A DNA stretch of 64,000 nt, taken from Dudresnaya verticillata. Taxonomy: Eukaryota. The position numbers and the translations under genes are program-made. How positions within the stretch are numbered: the stretch's first letter is position 1; each line of letters opens with the position of its first letter. The notes beneath the pieces were generated by a model. The model did not search any database, was not told the origin of the DNA, and saw only the letters and a list, made by a program, of their open reading frames with translations. Below, one piece after another: positions 1 to 12,000 of the stretch. The stretch lies in contig OZ374561.1 of assembly GCA_977862235.1 (NCBI GenBank), forward strand, positions 2,418,001 through 2,482,000, read 5' to 3'.

Positions 1-578
1 GGTAGCGTTGCCGGGACAGTGTCGAGGTGGAGCGACGCAGACACGGCGACGGAATACAAACGTCACAAGGCGTGAAAAGGAAGAGACTTGCATCGGGCAA
101 TGAAGGGCAAGGTCAAATCGGCGCCGAACTTTTAGGGGGTAGTATGCAATTTCACAGTACTACAGTACATGCCACACGATCTCAGAGGACACTGTCAGCT
201 GTAAATCATTCAGCTGTAATGACATTGTAGCCGGTCAGTCTATTTTCCTTATCCTTCTGTCAGGCTCGGTGACACGGTGGACAAGTTTGTTATCACATCG
301 CATCACCCACCTCGCTTGACCGAGATTTGTTCATTCCCAAACAAACGCTCGGTGACAGTGAGTCTGTCCACTGCTGCATGGCCAGAAGGGCAAAGTCGCC
401 CTGAGAAGGGCAAAGTCGCCCTGAAGGGCACGAAGGGCACGAAGGGTATCAAGAGTACCACTTGCAGGCTACCATTTGGAAGCCAGTTCTAAGTTCTAAT
501 AAGTCAGCAATTAAGTCAGCCGAAAGGGTGAGGTGCCAGTTTGCCACCGTCTTTGCGCGTTACACTCCCTTCTTACTG

Positions 579-2123
579 CTACCCGGTCGACACCCGCTCG
601 TAGCCGCTACCACGAATCATTCTCCCGAGAATCTCGGGCTTTCCACGGTTTCGAATACAACATGCCAGTAATATAGCTGCAGCCACCAGAAATAGAACGT
701 CCTCAACCCCACCAACTGTCCAAATGTTCTCCCATCCAAAAACCTGCATCGCCCTGGGCTGTTCGCAATCCTTCGTCACACAGAACTCTAACACCCTAAA
801 TTGTAGCAGCTGAAGCGTGAAGATCACCATCACACGCCCTTCTTGCAAACAGACAAAGTCAACATTCACCACCCGAGTCCGTCCCTCAGTTAGGACTCCC
901 AATTCTGACTTTCCCGAATCCTCCAGGCGAACCCTTGCCGTCTCCGAATTGCTCATGGTCACGTGCAGTTTCCCGAGGTGTAATGGTCCGAGCCCTTCTG
1001 CATGTGTGTTTCGAATATGCAGCCAAATACGCTTGGTCTGTCGCCCGACCACATGGTTTTGGACGCCATTCCCGTAGCCGACCGCACTTGATACATTGTA
1101 CTCTCCGGTTACCACGCCCTGATCCACAATGTCGCTGAGACCAGTCCCTGTTCCGATATCCACCATATCTGGGGTGTGCCCACCGCAACTCTTTTCTAGA
1201 TGTACTGTCAAATCGTTCCATGGTGGAATAGGGATCGTTACAGATACATGTGTTTTGTAGTTGGTGACGCAGTCGTACACGAGCCAGAAATTCAAGTCTT
1301 CACCCTGCAATATATTCGTCCCCGTCGAAATCCCCCTGATGTCTGTTACAATATCCTTATCCGAGGACGCTACATTCGGAGTCCCGATCAAAATGCTTTG
1401 TGTTGGTGCAACCACCCGGATAAACATATTCGACGTTTGAGATGTTGGTGGGACTTGAATAACCCCTGTTGCATTTGTTAAGAATTCCTCACCACGGCCA
1501 ACGGTGATCCCGAGTCGCACGTATGGATGCGGGCCAAACCCACATCGCTTGGTAAACCTCGTGGTGATATTGAAATTGCGAAGTATTGGTACGTCTAGGT
1601 CGAACACTTCTGTGGAGTTAAACGACTTTCGAACGCAATTGAAGAAAACTGTGAACACAAAGCTCTCTCCATCGCCATCAAAGGCGTCAATGGAGGGGTG
1701 CGAATGCCTTGTGAGTGCAGTTACCGCTGGTATTGCGAAGAAGTACTCCGTGGAGCGTTGCGATTCGTATGTGTACCTCATGGATATCCTGTCATCATAG
1801 GACGCAAGCACGACGCAGTTTGAAAACTGCACAGCATTTTCACCGCATCCAGCCCATTTGCCCACCAAGTGACCTTTCTCGAACACTGGCTCCGTCTTGA
1901 AGGACCTCAACCGCAATCTGTCTGCAGTTTTGAGCGTGATAGCCATGACTAAAGGGTTCTGCTTCGTTGAATTCCAGCTTGACTCTGCGAGAGTAGGAGG
2001 ATCATCCTGCTCGGCAGTCGCAGTATCATTATAACTGCTATCGGCAGTGCCGCTTGATGTCAACAGAAGCAATAAAAGTACACACAAAGAAACAGGGAGC
2101 CTTGCCTTTCCCACCACTCTCAT
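579..2123 (-). CDS. Putative single-pass (type I) membrane glycoprotein of unknown function
   Basis: Long intronless ORF; first ATG at 2123 (MRVVGKARL). N-terminal hydrophobic signal-like segment (VSLCVLLLLLLTSSGTA), Cys-containing beta-rich ectodomain with several N-x-S/T sites, C-terminal TM (VLFLVAAAILLACCI), short basic tail with a YxxPhi-like YERV. Confidence 0.7.
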   Translation of the reverse strand: MRVVGKARLPVSLCVLLLLLLTSSGTADSSYNDTATAEQDDPPTLAESSWNSTKQNPLVMAITLKTADRLRLRSFKTEPVFEKGHLVGKWAGCGENAVQFSNCVVLASYDDRISMRYTYESQRSTEYFFAIPAVTALTRHSHPSIDAFDGDGESFVFTVFFNCVRKSFNSTEVFDLDVPILRNFNITTRFTKRCGFGPHPYVRLGITVGRGEEFLTNATGVIQVPPTSQTSNMFIRVVAPTQSILIGTPNVASSDKDIVTDIRGISTGTNILQGEDLNFWLVYDCVTNYKTHVSVTIPIPPWNDLTVHLEKSCGGHTPDMVDIGTGTGLSDIVDQGVVTGEYNVSSAVGYGNGVQNHVVGRQTKRIWLHIRNTHAEGLGPLHLGKLHVTMSNSETARVRLEDSGKSELGVLTEGRTRVVNVDFVCLQEGRVMVIFTLQLLQFRVLEFCVTKDCEQPRAMQVFGWENIWTVGGVEDVLFLVAAAILLACCIRNRGKPEILGRMIRGSGYERVSTG

Positions 2124-3328
2124 CGTTAGAGAGATGACAGAAATATTGTCGAATTCAAGAAAGCAGGACCGATGTTGGACGAAACAGGAGTGTCGAGCCG
2201 GAAAAGTTGCGTTGAGAAGGATCGACAGGCAAACGACAACGGAAGGGTACTGCTGCGAAAACAAGAGCCTGGCACCGTGAACCTACTGGTAGCTCTCTAG
2301 CCCTTCTTTGTGCGTTCGGTCTTGGGCAACGCGGTGTCATTGCACACCCGATCTCCTTGCAATCGTACATGAAGAAGAAGGCCGCTTTTTGAGACTACAA
2401 TGCGACCATCATGGAGAAGAGGTTGTGCAGGCCCAAGAGGCAGCTTGGGGAGTACTGTTCCTGAAAAAAGAAAATCACGGCCACGGGGCACAGAAATCGG
2501 TCAATATTTATTCCCGCAGTTCCCGTAGGGGTACTGGCAGATGCAGCAGGCTTGTCTTCTCTCTTTGTCAACTTTGAGAATAAAGGGATGCTTGCTCATG
2601 CATGGTCCGAAACAAGCGCTGCTCTCAGCGGTGTTCCAGTGTGCAAGCAACAGAGATGGCTGGCCTCCCACAGATTCCAGTTTTATATTCAGAAGCAAGA
2701 GCAGGACGACGAGGGCCCATCTTCACAATAATGGACCACACACATCGATACAAAAACAAGATAAGATATTCTATATTTATAGACAATGGCAATATGCTGC
2801 TCTTGGCTTGAAGCTATGGAAATCTTGTGCTAAATGTGATCTCTTGAGAACTTCGAAGAGCTAAAGTTCGTAAATGAAAGGAGCACTGTAGACTATCCAA
2901 GTCTCAACGCGGGGAAACTTCTCCAGATGGAGAGCACAACGGCTGCTGTCATTGTTTGGACCCCTTCCGCGAGAAATATGATGGCTGAATGTTTGGGGTC
3001 TGATGGCAGCTGCTGGGCCTGTTCAGTACCTTGGTGGCCGAAACGTTTTCAAACCTCCATGGCAAAGTATCAGACTCGTGGGTGCCGCAGTCCTTTCCCT
3101 GATTCTCCTCAGGGGAAAGGAATAGAGATGTTCGCGTCGCAGCTCCAGAATTGCAGATAGGTCTCCATCGCGCTCCAGAAGGTGGCGATACCGTCCGATA
3201 GATGATCGTGCTGACATTGAACACGGCAGTGCACAACACGGTTGGCCATTCGAAGCATGAGAAGCGCGTGACCAAAATACAGCTTTGCAAGCGGGCGAAT
3301 AAACAAGAGTTGGAGCGAGAGGGAATGG

Positions 3329-3826
3329 TCAAGAAATGGTAACCGGGTGCCGACACACAGGGCACATGGGGTCTTCAGTAGACTCCAAGTAGTCACGAAT
3401 GCACTCTGCATGATACTCGTGGAAGCACGGGAGGCGCATGAGCGAGTCCCCGGCAGCGTAGTTGTCATGGCAGATAACGCAGAAATTCTTGTCACTTGCA
3501 TGGTGGACGGAGCGGGAGGAATCAAGAGATTGTGAACGTTCGAGATCAGCGTTGGTGAGGGTGCGGATGGGTAGGGCGGTGATGTCTCCACGCGTGAGAA
3601 TGCGGCGTGCAGCGGCGCCGGCCATGCGCGGACGGCGGGTGTGCGAATGCAGCTCCAAAACGTCGTCACGGACCCAACGGACGAGCCCCTGTACAACACT
3701 CTCGCGGTTCTCGTGCTGGGCGTGGGCGTGTTCCGCCGCGGCTAGCCCCACGACGACGCCTAGCGCGGCGCCGAGAAGCGATGGGGCAGACACGGAGGAT
3801 TGACGGTTACGGTTGTTGTTCGACAT
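3329..3826 (-). CDS. RING-H2 (C3H2C3) finger protein, probable E3 ubiquitin ligase
   Basis: C-terminal CVIC...LPCFHEYHAECIRDYL...CPVC is a RING-H2 signature. N-terminal hydrophobic stretch LLGAALGVVVGLAAA. ATG at 3826. Head-to-head with RAD50, about 555 bp apart. Confidence 0.85.
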   Translation of the reverse strand: MSNNNRNRQSSVSAPSLLGAALGVVVGLAAAEHAHAQHENRESVVQGLVRWVRDDVLELHSHTRRPRMAGAAARRILTRGDITALPIRTLTNADLERSQSLDSSRSVHHASDKNFCVICHDNYAAGDSLMRLPCFHEYHAECIRDYLESTEDPMCPVCRHPVTIS

Positions 3827-4381
3827 TGCTATTGCTCGGCGCACAGCGCGGATGCGGGGGCTGGACCGGAGGTGGAGCTGTCGGAGAGGGGTGCTGCAGG
3901 GGCGCTTGTAGATGGCGAGGCGGAGTGGAAGTCTACAAGAAAAGGGTAGGTTTTTGGGTTTTTCTGCGAGCGAAGTAGTGAAGGGCTCATGTGAGCTGTG
4001 AACAGCCTTACATTGCTTACATTAAGCAGCGCTGCCGCCAGCGGTGCTGTCCAGCAATGATGCGTTTCCAGGCTGACGAGAAGGGGAGACAATCTCGTTC
4101 TCTTTACCTCTCAAATTTATTCATATTTCCGCATTTCATTTCATCCGACTCCTTTTGGCGCCAACCGAATCCCAACGCCCTGTTGATCCCAGTCTCCAAA
4201 CTTCTGTTTCTGTGTTTTCGCTTCAACCTCGCAGACCTTCACTGCTCGCCCGCACATTACCGCATGTACTGTTTCGCCGAGCCACCCTCTTGCCACATGC
4301 AACTCCTTTCAAGTGTTGCTTCCCACGTGTTGCGTTTCCGCCCGCTACTGTGTCCTGGTCGGTCGTTGCCCGCGTGCCACC

Positions 4382-7300
4382 ATGACCACCATCGACAAGC
4401 TCAGTCTGCTAGGAATCCGTAGCTACGGCACCGAGGAGGAGACCCTTATCAAGTTCTACAAGCCACTTACCATCATCCTCGGTCGCAATGGAAGCGGAAA
4501 GAGCACCATCATCGAGGCAGTCAAAATGGCCACCACAGGCGAGGTTATGCCCAGCTTCGACAAGGCTACTTTCATCCACGACCCACGCATCTACAACGAC
4601 ACTGAGACCAAGGCCAGAATTCGCCTCGCCTTCACTAATGTTCGTGGCGATCAGTATATCATTTCACGCCATTTCCAGCTCGTGTTGAAGAGGACTCCGA
4701 AAGGTCTGCAAAAGCTAGAGTTCAAATCCCTCGCCCGAAACATCAAACGTTGTGATACCCAGGGCGGCGACACCAACAATCGCTGTGCGGACTTGGATGC
4801 ATATCTTCCAGAACTCTTGCGTGTCACCAAGCCTGTACTCAACAATGTCATCTTTGTCCACCAGGAAGATTCACTCTGGCCACTGAGCGGTTCGAAGAAC
4901 CTTAAGACCAAACTCGACGAAATTTTTGCTTCCTCCAGATACACCAAGGCCCTTGAGACTATTCGAAGCTACAAAAGGGAACAAGACGCAGAAATCAGGG
5001 TTGTCGATGCAGATCTCATGCGCTATGGCGACAAGGTCCAGCTTCTAGAGAAGATCAAAGCCGAGGTTGATGAAATAAGGGTCTACCATGACCAGCTGAA
5101 GAAAGGCGTCGCAACACTCGACAATGAAATTGCACAATTGAAGAGCAAACGAAATGCTGCTCGGGCAATCGCAGACGAATACAACGAAAAGACATCCGAC
5201 CTAGCGAAACTCAAGATTGAAGCTTCTATGATTGAGAAGGACAAAAGGGATAAATATGCTGAAATGCAGAATCACCTACCAGATATGGATGAGGACGCTC
5301 TGGCCACAGAGATCGAAGAGCTTGAGGGCCTTTTGGAGAGCGCAGGCAGCGAGCGTGCCAGGCGCGAAAGGCTTATAAAGGACCTACGGGCAGATGTAGA
5401 GATGAAGCAGGACCAGTTCAATGTTCGTCAAGGTAAGAAGGGCATGTTGGAACAGCAAGCCAAAATGCAGGCAGAACGTCTTGCTCGACTTGAGACCATG
5501 AAAGAGGAATTTTGTTCCAAGGATTTGTTCAACCAAGACTCTGGTAGTGGAAGGAGCATACTGCCATCTCAATCAGATTCCCTTTCCAAGTGGACAGAAG
5601 CCTTGATGGCGCTTCACAACGATGCGGAAGCACAAGTTCGGTCCACCAGTGAAAGCGGAAGCGAGAATCTGGAAGCGGCTACAGCGGCTCTGAACGAAGT
5701 GAAAATAGAATTGCGAGAATCGAGTTCAAGTAGCAAGCAGAAAAGCGAAGAGCTGAGTCGAAAACGGCGCAAGATCAGCGAGATTCGAAACGAACTGCAC
5801 GCCCTAGATGATTCAGAGTCCACCATCAAGGAAGCTGAGAGCAAGTTAAAGACAGTCGAGCGCATGTGGAAGGAAAAGACCGCCAGCAATCGCGCGAAGG
5901 CCCTTGCTGATAGCATCGCCACACGACAGCAAAAGCTGGCCCCTCGCAGAGAAAAGCTAGCAGAACTGCGCAGAGTCCGTGACGACCTTGTGCAAAATCA
6001 AAGCGAACAAGCAAGATATGAAATGTCACGAGAAGCTGAAGGAAGGAAGAAGAAGAAGGCAGAGAATACTGCGGAAGACTTTTCGGAGTTGTTGTTGTCT
6101 TCCCTCTCCGAGCTTGGCGAGGACGAAGGTGGGAGAGTGTCCCTCATGACCGGTGCTGCGAGGCCTGGTGTCCCGCTCACAGAAGCTAACGGAGAAGAGA
6201 AACTCGGAGAGCTGCTCGATACCAGCATCAGTGTGTTGGCTCGAAAAGATAAAATCCTTCAACAGGTTGGTAAGCGAGAAAGTGAGGCACAGGCAAACTT
6301 GAAATCCGCATCTAAACGTCTAGCGGAATTAGAAAATCACTTCAAGCAGGCCCGCAAAGAATGGCGAGAGTCTCAGAAGTCTATAGAGAAGGCAAGTAAT
6401 TCCCTTTGTCAAGTGCCTCCGACGGCAGTTGGCATCGAAGATGTTACCGCTCTTCTTCAAGAGATCAGCTTGTCATCCACCGCTGGCCAATCGGTGATCC
6501 GTCCGGAACGAATCGATTCAGTACATGTAACTATTGAAAATGCTGAAACATTTGTGGTTAAGGCGAATCAGCAGATCTCCCAGTTGGAGTCTGGAGTTCT
6601 ACTTGCTGAAGGAGATTTAGAGAAGTTCGAGTCTGATCCGAAACACCGATGCCCAGCTTGTGGTGTCTCATCTTCGAAAAAACTAGAGGACATGCGAAAG
6701 AGCCTGAAGAATCGCGTTGAGTACTTTAAGAATCCGGACAGTACTCGAAAAGCTGAGAGGGAGCTGAGAAATTTAGAGGAAACTGTCCGCACGCTAAAGA
6801 AGGTTCATAAGATTGGAACTGTGGCCGTTGCAGCCATTCGCCAGTATGAAAGCACAAAAGAGAAGTACCACGAAGGTGAGAAGATCGTTTCCAAACATAA
6901 AACCGAGGTTTCGGAGGCAGGTGCCGCCCTTCAAGACTTGCAGGGCCGCTTTGGCAATGGCTCAGCAGTAGAGCAAGTCTCGCCCAGGAGCATCGAACTG
7001 AAGCAAATATTCAAGGATTGGGACCGTGCTCGAATGGACGTACAGACTCTGCAGTCTAGCATTGCGGCTACTACCGCCGAAGCAAGAACGTTATCCGAGG
7101 TTGAAGAAGAAACAAGGACTGTCGAAGAGGAATTGCAGAAGCTCCAAGAAAGCATTGAGAAGGACGCAAGCTCGCTAGAGCGAGAGAGGGAAGACCTAAG
7201 ACGAGCGGAGAATCGGATGAGTATGGCAAAACAGAGATGTCTCGAATTACAGACAATGGCTGAGAAACACAAGCGGCTGAAAAATGAAAAGGAGCAGCTC

Positions 7301-8554
7301 ACGGATTCTGTACGAGATCTGGAGTCGCAAATCAGAGAGTTGCAGAACAAAACGAAGAAGTTGCGAGTCAATGTTGAAGATGCAGAAGCAGAGTGTATGA
7401 CGGTACGAGAGGAGAGCAAAGCCTCGCTACGAAAAGCGAATAGCATCTCGTCAAAGCGAAAGATGGCGTTTCACACTTGGGAGGACTGTGTGCGTGGCGT
7501 CGATGCGTACAATCATTCTGGCAAAGACCGAGAACTGCGGAACGTGATCAAGTCATTGGAGAAGATTCAGGCCGACATTGAGTCACGAAAGAAGGACCTA
7601 GAGGCGCATCGAAAGGAACAAGAGACCGCGTCCGACTCTCAAAAGGAGATGGAGTCAAGAATCCGCAACTTGAAGGACAACCAGCGATATCGCATCCAAG
7701 AGCAGAAGCTGCAGGTGAACGCTCGCAGCGCCCGTCATTTACAGGACGAAATCACCAGTTTGTATCGCAGAGCAAACGGAGATCCCAACCGACAGGTAGA
7801 GGCCCTCGTTGATGAGATTAACGAAAAACACGCAGCGCGGCTCGCGACACAGGGAAAGCAACAAGTATATACCGACATGTTCAAAGACAAGCGGAAAGCG
7901 CTCGAGGAAGCTGAGAGGCATGGAAGCCGCCGGAAGTACGACGAATACCGTATTCGAAAACAAACAATGTCGCTAGCATCAGGTGATTTGGAAAAGTACC
8001 ATCGCGCGCTGGATCAGGCATTGGTGGCGTACCACACGTTGAAGATGAACTCGATTAATCGGACAATCAAAGAGCTGTGGCAACAGACTTATCGTGGGAC
8101 AGACATTGAAGAGATTGAAATCGTGTCAGACCATGGAGACCCGAGTGCTGCTGGGGCAGGACGGCGGCGGACCTTCACATACCGGGTGCAAATGCGACGC
8201 GGGCAGGCGACGTTGGACATGGCGGGGAGGTGCAGTGCTGGACAAAAGGTGCTAGCCTGCTTAGTGATCAGGCTCGCACTCGCGGAGAGCTTCTGTACTG
8301 ATTGTGGGATACTGGCTTTGGACGAACCGACAACGAATCTTGACAGGGAGAATATCATGAGTCTTGCAGAGGCACTCAAGAACATCATCAATTCGAGACG
8401 AAAGCAGCGTAACTTTCAGCTTGTACTGATCACCCATGACCGCGAGTTCATCGACCTGATAGGGGCTCGTAACTTCTGCGACGACTATTTCATGGTATAC
8501 AAGGATAGCGAGGGCATCTCTCACGCGCAAGCGCAACCGTTGCAGGAAATGTAG
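4382..8554 (+). CDS. RAD50: DNA repair protein RAD50
   Basis: N-terminus MTTIDKLSLLGIRSY, Walker A GRNGSGKS, Q-loop FVHQED, long coiled coil, zinc hook CPAC (~6650), signature CSAGQK, Walker B/D-loop LALDEPTTNLD, H-loop LITHD. 1390 aa, intronless. Confidence 0.97.
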   Translation: MTTIDKLSLLGIRSYGTEEETLIKFYKPLTIILGRNGSGKSTIIEAVKMATTGEVMPSFDKATFIHDPRIYNDTETKARIRLAFTNVRGDQYIISRHFQLVLKRTPKGLQKLEFKSLARNIKRCDTQGGDTNNRCADLDAYLPELLRVTKPVLNNVIFVHQEDSLWPLSGSKNLKTKLDEIFASSRYTKALETIRSYKREQDAEIRVVDADLMRYGDKVQLLEKIKAEVDEIRVYHDQLKKGVATLDNEIAQLKSKRNAARAIADEYNEKTSDLAKLKIEASMIEKDKRDKYAEMQNHLPDMDEDALATEIEELEGLLESAGSERARRERLIKDLRADVEMKQDQFNVRQGKKGMLEQQAKMQAERLARLETMKEEFCSKDLFNQDSGSGRSILPSQSDSLSKWTEALMALHNDAEAQVRSTSESGSENLEAATAALNEVKIELRESSSSSKQKSEELSRKRRKISEIRNELHALDDSESTIKEAESKLKTVERMWKEKTASNRAKALADSIATRQQKLAPRREKLAELRRVRDDLVQNQSEQARYEMSREAEGRKKKKAENTAEDFSELLLSSLSELGEDEGGRVSLMTGAARPGVPLTEANGEEKLGELLDTSISVLARKDKILQQVGKRESEAQANLKSASKRLAELENHFKQARKEWRESQKSIEKASNSLCQVPPTAVGIEDVTALLQEISLSSTAGQSVIRPERIDSVHVTIENAETFVVKANQQISQLESGVLLAEGDLEKFESDPKHRCPACGVSSSKKLEDMRKSLKNRVEYFKNPDSTRKAERELRNLEETVRTLKKVHKIGTVAVAAIRQYESTKEKYHEGEKIVSKHKTEVSEAGAALQDLQGRFGNGSAVEQVSPRSIELKQIFKDWDRARMDVQTLQSSIAATTAEARTLSEVEEETRTVEEELQKLQESIEKDASSLEREREDLRRAENRMSMAKQRCLELQTMAEKHKRLKNEKEQLTDSVRDLESQIRELQNKTKKLRVNVEDAEAECMTVREESKASLRKANSISSKRKMAFHTWEDCVRGVDAYNHSGKDRELRNVIKSLEKIQADIESRKKDLEAHRKEQETASDSQKEMESRIRNLKDNQRYRIQEQKLQVNARSARHLQDEITSLYRRANGDPNRQVEALVDEINEKHAARLATQGKQQVYTDMFKDKRKALEEAERHGSRRKYDEYRIRKQTMSLASGDLEKYHRALDQALVAYHTLKMNSINRTIKELWQQTYRGTDIEEIEIVSDHGDPSAAGAGRRRTFTYRVQMRRGQATLDMAGRCSAGQKVLACLVIRLALAESFCTDCGILALDEPTTNLDRENIMSLAEALKNIINSRRKQRNFQLVLITHDREFIDLIGARNFCDDYFMVYKDSEGISHAQAQPLQEM

Positions 8555-9062
8555 CAAAGTAAAGGTATTCGTTAAAGCAACGGCAGTTTTGCATGTTTGT
8601 ACAGTGACGCACGGTGATGCAAGTAGCTGTATCGTGAGCTGCTGTTAGCAATGCCAGCTGTTGCACTACAAAGGGCAGTGCGTCTCGGGGCAGAAATCGC
8701 AGGTCGCGTGGGCATGTAACATGTCACAGGTGTGCATGTGTCGGTCGACAAGTCGGTGCGGCCGTGCTGCTGGAGAGGCGACCGCCCACAGAACGCACGG
8801 GTTTTGGTTTTTTTTTGTTTACTTTCAGAACCCCTCGAAACAAATTGTTTTCACACCAGAGAAGACCGGCGTGGGTCTACTGTACGGGTGAGAGGATCAA
8901 ATCTGCGGTGAACTTGACGAGCCATCTCGGTTTTGTGTTCACCTCACTCCTACCCCCTGCGTCCCATGCTCGTTGCCATGATATGAGATTAACTGCCCTT
9001 TGCGCCATTGTTAGGCATCTTCTCGACTCGTTTGCAAGTATCTGCTCATCCACAACGCCGCT

Positions 9063-12000
9063 ATGAAGCGCAAGCTTGGGCCGTTCCAGCCACGGCGGCG
9101 GAAGAGTGCTACCCAACGTGCCACAGACGACCCGCCACCTCCTTTGTCTGCCGCAACGCCACAGCAGCCTGTGGCTGCAACCCATGTCACCCTGGAGAAT
9201 ACTGCATCTGCTCTGCTTCCTCAACAGGCCTCGATCCTCACCCCACCTGCACGAGCAATTGCTGTCTCCCACTCTCCCCCACCAGCCGCCATCGGCCCTG
9301 CGAATTTGGCATCACATCCACCCGCCACCAACCCCGCTACCAACCAATCGCTCCTATTGCCGTACCCATCCACCAATGCGTCTTCTGTAACACAGCCTCC
9401 GCAAAAGCTAACCCCCGATCACCCTCCGATACCGGTGATCGATCTAACAAGGCTGCACCCAAATCAAGTCGCCTCTGCTCCGCGTCCCGGTCTTGCTCAG
9501 CAGCAAGTCGCGAGTTCCAACGCGTTCCGTTCTGTGCCTCAACAACACACCCCGACCAGGAGTGGCGCCACGCACGGTTTCACATGGCAAACTCCCATCA
9601 CACCTGCAGGTTCCGCCATGCCGCCAAACGTTCACTCCCCTCCCGCACGCCTTTCTTCTGCACAGAATCAAAACGCTGGCATGAATGGCCACGTTGGGAC
9701 TCCACACGCACTCCCTTTCCAACCAGCACCGCAGCCTGCTGTGAATGAAACACTTTCTGTATCTCCGCCGATGGCAAAAGATTTTCGTATTACTGCACTA
9801 GCACGCACTCCAGCCTTTCATCATCTGGAAACACTGGTATTTCTGCAGATGAACAGACCAGAGGTATTCGACAAGTTCACACAGACATGCTGCCAAGTGT
9901 ACAATAACTTTTACCGGAGGGGTAAGAAACCCGCTTCACATGCTCTTCAGGCGCGCCCCGGTCAAGCCGTAAACGGTGCTCAGAACTTGCATGGGTCACA
10001 GTTAGATGCAGTCCCCCCAACGGCACCGCCAGTCTCTCAATCCCCCACGCAAGAGCAGATTCAGGCCATGCTCAGAGACCGATTACCGCAAACACAGGGA
10101 GAAGCCAAGCCTCAACACCCACCAGCACAGTCATATCCAGTTCCACAGCCTGCTGTATCTACACCGGCAATGAACAATAATAATAGTGTAAACCAGCTGG
10201 CAAGAATGACTCTTGCCGATGAGGAGCACGGGGACAAGGGCCCAATAGTACCAATTGTAGAAGCTCGACAATTTCGAGCACGGGCAACGATAATCGGAAA
10301 GATTCAAGAACGCTGGGATGCCCTCATGAATGACGAGGGAAAACCACCTGCCCTATTGTCCGATGATGCAAAGAGCTACGTTATTTGGAAGAGCGTTGAG
10401 AAGCAAGTGCTTCTCCCTGTCGAGTTCTGTGACAATCTAGTTGGACTACTCAACAACGCAAAGCAACTGGCAGCAATTCAAGCTGAGGTTTTGCGTTTCC
10501 TGTGGTACTACCTCATGGAAAACCGTGTCAGTGGCGCAATCTTCTGTCATGGTATCGGCTTCCCCAGAACGCATATACTTGCAACCTTTTTTCATCTCAT
10601 TTCTGAGGAAGTCCAAGGGCGAAGAAAACAGATCCTCGTCGTATGTCCAGCGTCAGCGGTCAGACAATGGCGCGATGCATTCAATGCATGTCAGCAGTCA
10701 CATGCACGGATCCTGAGCTTCGAATCCTTTGCAGTCGACGTATTAACCTGGCAGGAGGATCGCGGAATATTGGTATGCTCAAGCGAGAACTATGAGGAGA
10801 TTATCAAGCTCGATTTCAGCACTGATAGGGAATCCGCTCTCCGTGGTCTCTGTCGTCCAGGTCCAGACATATTAGTGTTGGACGAAGCCCCAAGGGTTCT
10901 GGCACAAGACATGCTATTGCTCATGCACTTGAATCGCACGAAGACCGGTAGTCGTCTTGCATTAACCAGCCTTCCATTCAATGGGCAACTGCTGCGCTAT
11001 TGGTCTATTCTAAACTGGGTCGCGCCTGAAGCGCTTGGATCGCAGAGGGAGTACTGGAAAGTGTTCTTGCGGAACATAATCGCCGGTTCCTGCGAAGAAG
11101 CAACCATGCAGAAACGAACAACGGCACGCTGGATTACGCAGCATCTGTATCGCGTGGTGGACCACCTTACGTTCAGGGTAAATGCCAATACAAGAATTGC
11201 AACATTACGCGAGAAGGGAAGTACTCTACAGGAAGGAAACATCCTCTGCCACCTTTCTCAAAGCCATTCTGCTGTTTATAATCGCCTAGCACAACTCTTG
11301 ACAGAAACAGTGCATCGCGAAATACTGAGCCCGTACGTTGCTATCCACCTTCTCTTGATAGCCTCAACGAGCTTGTCAGCTCTTAGAACCGCGCTCTCCC
11401 AGAAACTGAAACAGGAAGACGGGGAGTTTGGCATAGCAGCGGATGTTTGCAGACCGCTGTCAGAGCTTCTCGGAAAGCTCCCGATCGCCGACCAGGAATG
11501 CTCAACGAAGATAGACATTCTCATTCGAATGGGAAGACATTGCTTGCGTACCTCAGAAAGATTAGTTGTTTTCGTCAGCTTCCCGGAGGTCCAGGAAGTC
11601 GTTTGGTCTACTTTAAGGGATTCTCTCAAAGTTCACGAGCAATCTCAGCTGTTCAATTTCGACTTGGCCACAGATCCTAAGCACAGAGCAGAGCAGTTGT
11701 CCCAGTTCAACATCAAGAAAATCGGTGCCATTCTCCTTGTTCCGTATGGACCGATGTTGGAATGCATGGAAGACTCCGGTTGGGGGTTCATAAACGCTAC
11801 ACAAGTAGTGGTTTTAGATGCAAATTGGCACGCTGCTAGCCGCTCACAAGTTGTTGAACGCGTCCTTAACTTTGGGTGTGGCGGAGTCCCATGCATTCGA
11901 ATCTACAATCTATTGGCAGGTGACACAGTGGACATTGTGGCACACAGCGAAGAAGTCCATCAAGGATCCTCTCCGCTCCTCCCCAGAGCAATCGCCTCTA

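Noticed and set aside
385..445. Short tandem repeats GAAGGGCAAAGTCGCCCTGA x2 and GAAGGGCAC; also AATCGCAAGC x3 at ~13590-13619
   Set aside because: Simple slippage repeats without spacers; not CRISPR-like.
2280..3320. Short ORFs between the membrane-protein and RING genes
   Set aside because: No recognisable domain or convincing splice structure.
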